Positions 60,001 through 61,996 of a DNA stretch of 61,996 nt are shown one piece after another; position 1 is the first letter of the stretch; every line of letters begins with the position of its first letter. The stretch lies in the IMG/VR virus record IMGVR_UViG_3300029705_000040, positions 102,209-164,204 of that record. One strand, given 5' to 3'. A program made the translations under genes and the position numbers. The notes under the pieces were generated by a model, which was not told where the DNA came from, did no database searches, and worked only from the letters and a program-made list of their open reading frames with translations. Source of the stretch: a virus. Its lineage: Duplodnaviria > Heunggongvirae > Uroviricota > Caudoviricetes.

Positions 60001-61996
60001 ATTACACCAGATGAGCAATCTGAGCTTGCAACTTTGAGATATAACATGATTGCAAGATTTAAGAAAATGCATGATTGGGTTGTATCTACAAAAGATAATA
60101 TCCAAAAATTCAAAGACGAATTCACTGATTATTTTGATTTGCATTATTGCTTAATATATTATATTTACACATTTGTTGCTCTCATGGTTGACCAACGTGC
60201 TAAAAACATGTTTTTAACTTATTGGGCTGAGCGCATAACTGTAAATGATGATGGCTATTGGCAAATAAGTGGTGTTGATACTGAGTATTATGCTGGTAAC
60301 TATGATGGTATAAAAGTTAAAGATAATACATGGTATGTAATACCTAAAGGTGAGTCTGAGAATCAAGATGCTTGGATACAGGTTTTAATAGATAATAAAC
60401 CTGTTATAGCTGGTCATTGGTATCCATATTTCTACGATAACGATACCTCTTGGGGTATTAATAACACTGGTTATTTAGTATTTGATTACTATCACGAAGA
60501 TATTGATACTTATGGATCAGGTGTTAACGTATACAATGGTCAAAATTCTACATTATGGGTTAACTTTAGACAGGCATTTGGCGCTGAAATTGCTGAAATG
60601 TATGCTAAACTCAGAAGTGATGAAAAAATTACTTATGATGCTATTGTTAATCAGATTATTGAAGATGGCTCAAGTAGATTTAGCGCTTCTATATATAATG
60701 AAGATGCTGAGTATAAATATTTATCTATGGCTAGATATATTGATGAAGACACTGCTGTAAACACTTCTAACTTATATCAGGTTAAAGGTAATGGTGAGCA
60801 TCACTTAAAATATTTTGTAGAAAACAGAATTAAATATTGTGATAGTAAGTGGGATACAGCTGATTATAAAGCAGACAACTACATTGATTTACGTGTTAAT
60901 ACACCACCTTCTACTGAGAGCACAACTCAAGTAGTTCCACCTAGTCCTTTAATTACCATTAAACCTTATTCTGATATGTATTGCAGAATCAAGTATGGTT
61001 CCTCACTTTCTGGACCTTTTAGATTAACAGCAAACGAAGAGAAAACTTTTGGTGATGGAATTGCAATCACTGCAAATGATACTGAAACACAAATCTTCGG
61101 TGCTAGTGAAATAACTGACTTAGGTGATTTATCGCCTTTATATTGTCAACGTTGTTATATATCTGCTGCAACAAAACTTACTAGATTGCAGTTAGGTAAT
61201 AGAACAAAAGGTTATTATAATAATAACTTAACAGAATTAGATTTTGGTAGTAATACACTATTAAAATATGTAGATATCAGTAATTGCTCAGGTTTAACTG
61301 GCTCTATTGATATTAGTGCATGTCCTAATATTGAAGAAGTTTATGCTCATGGTACTAAAATATCGAGTGTAAGTTTACCTGCAGCTGGTTATTTGCAAAA
61401 ATTATACTTACCTGAAACTTTGGTAGATTTTACTTTAAAAAATCAGCATAAGATAACTACTGAAAATGTTATCATTGGATCAGAAGACGCTATTAATTGT
61501 TCGAACATAACAAAATTAACTATAGCAAATTGTCCTAATCTAGATGCTACTAGCATATTTAGAGCTTGCTTAAATTCTGATTTAACAACAAATTTAACTA
61601 ACGTATATATAACTGGTATAGATTGGACTATAAATGATTGGTCTGATTTGAGAAAACTTTATGCTCCAAAAGCATCTAGTATAGAAGCTGGTGATTATTA
61701 TGTTGGTGAAAATGGAAATTACTGGAAGAAGAGCTATGCAGAAGGTATTAGCGATACTGATACTGGTATTGTATCTGATGCTGGAACAGGTTATGGCTTA
61801 AAAGGTCTTGACTTGCAAGGTAACTCAATAGATTACCTAAATATTGTTGGTAAGTGTACAATAAATCAAGACATGAGCGGCGAAAACATGGCGGAACTTG
61901 CTAAATATCTCCCTTATGTAGAATTTGTTATTGGTGAAGAATATAAGCTTACTTCTGTTGTTACTTTCAAAGATAACAGTGGTAACACATTCATGT
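57001..61996 (+). CDS. Giant tail-associated protein (>1660 aa, runs off window): fibre anchor, beta-rich region, CotH-kinase-like domain, LRRs
   Basis: HRRGTTEEW...GELVIEE...(TAG 57163)VIKVKIGDG; QGTSSQYYVRKNWKIK, KVDYAE, DQRAKNMF, YFYDNDTSWG; LRR-like LGDLSPL...LKYVDISNCSGL; no further stop listed in this frame. Confidence 0.75.

Noticed and set aside
1838-60144. Minus-strand ORFs and short alternative-frame ORFs in the supplied track
   Set aside because: They are shadows of longer plus-strand genes, with no RBS or motifs and low-complexity antisense composition
1-61996. tRNA genes (including an amber suppressor), rRNA, CRISPR arrays
   Set aside because: No cloverleaf with a T-loop and acceptor stem and no regularly spaced direct repeats were seen in the intergenic gaps; tRNAscan-SE would be decisive
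48670-61996. Diversity-generating retroelement acting on the fibres
   Set aside because: No reverse transcriptase and no template/variable repeat pair differing at adenines were seen in this window
1-61996. Assignment to Lak or crAss-like phages because of code 15
   Set aside because: Recoding is not diagnostic, frequent GGAGG Shine-Dalgarno sites argue against a Bacteroidota host, and no terminase or capsid marker is in the window

Overview
All-plus-strand 62-kb segment of an AT-rich large (jumbo/huge-type) tailed phage, probably infecting a Bacillota host (GGAGG ribosome-binding sites, sigma70-type promoters, BspA-type LRRs). The key to reading it is that TAG is a sense codon (most likely Gln, translation table 15). 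About 30 genes contain in-frame TAGs, no gene I traced ends on TAG alone, and readthrough restores intact HNH, AAA+, GNAT, ferritin-like and LRR domains that the supplied ORF track fragments. Left part (0-16.7 kb): TAG-free metabolic and host-takeover genes behind TAGTTGAT(C/T)-N17-TATAAT promoters (nadE end, radical SAM, vWA plus PurA-like, HNH, ASCH, YqeY, SprT, 5'-nucleotidase, bS21, NadR-like kinase). It is interrupted by two TAG-rich islands: a homing endonuclease that replaced the 3' end of the radical SAM gene, and a fibre gene split at a G9 tract plus its neighbour. Right part (17-62 kb), behind a recurrent GCTAAATT motif: acidic proteins with MK-x-L-x-E starts and repeated L-x-E motifs (candidate capsid-packaged, protease-processed cargo, including ART-like, nucleotidyltransferase, GNAT and ferritin-like domains); a MoxR AAA+ and metallopeptidase-vWA pair; an array of about 20 paralogues sharing an N-terminal helical module with divergent C-termini; and a tail-fibre cluster ending in a giant CotH-like/LRR protein. 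No tRNA, rRNA or CRISPR array was seen. All family assignments are from motif recognition by eye, not database searches.
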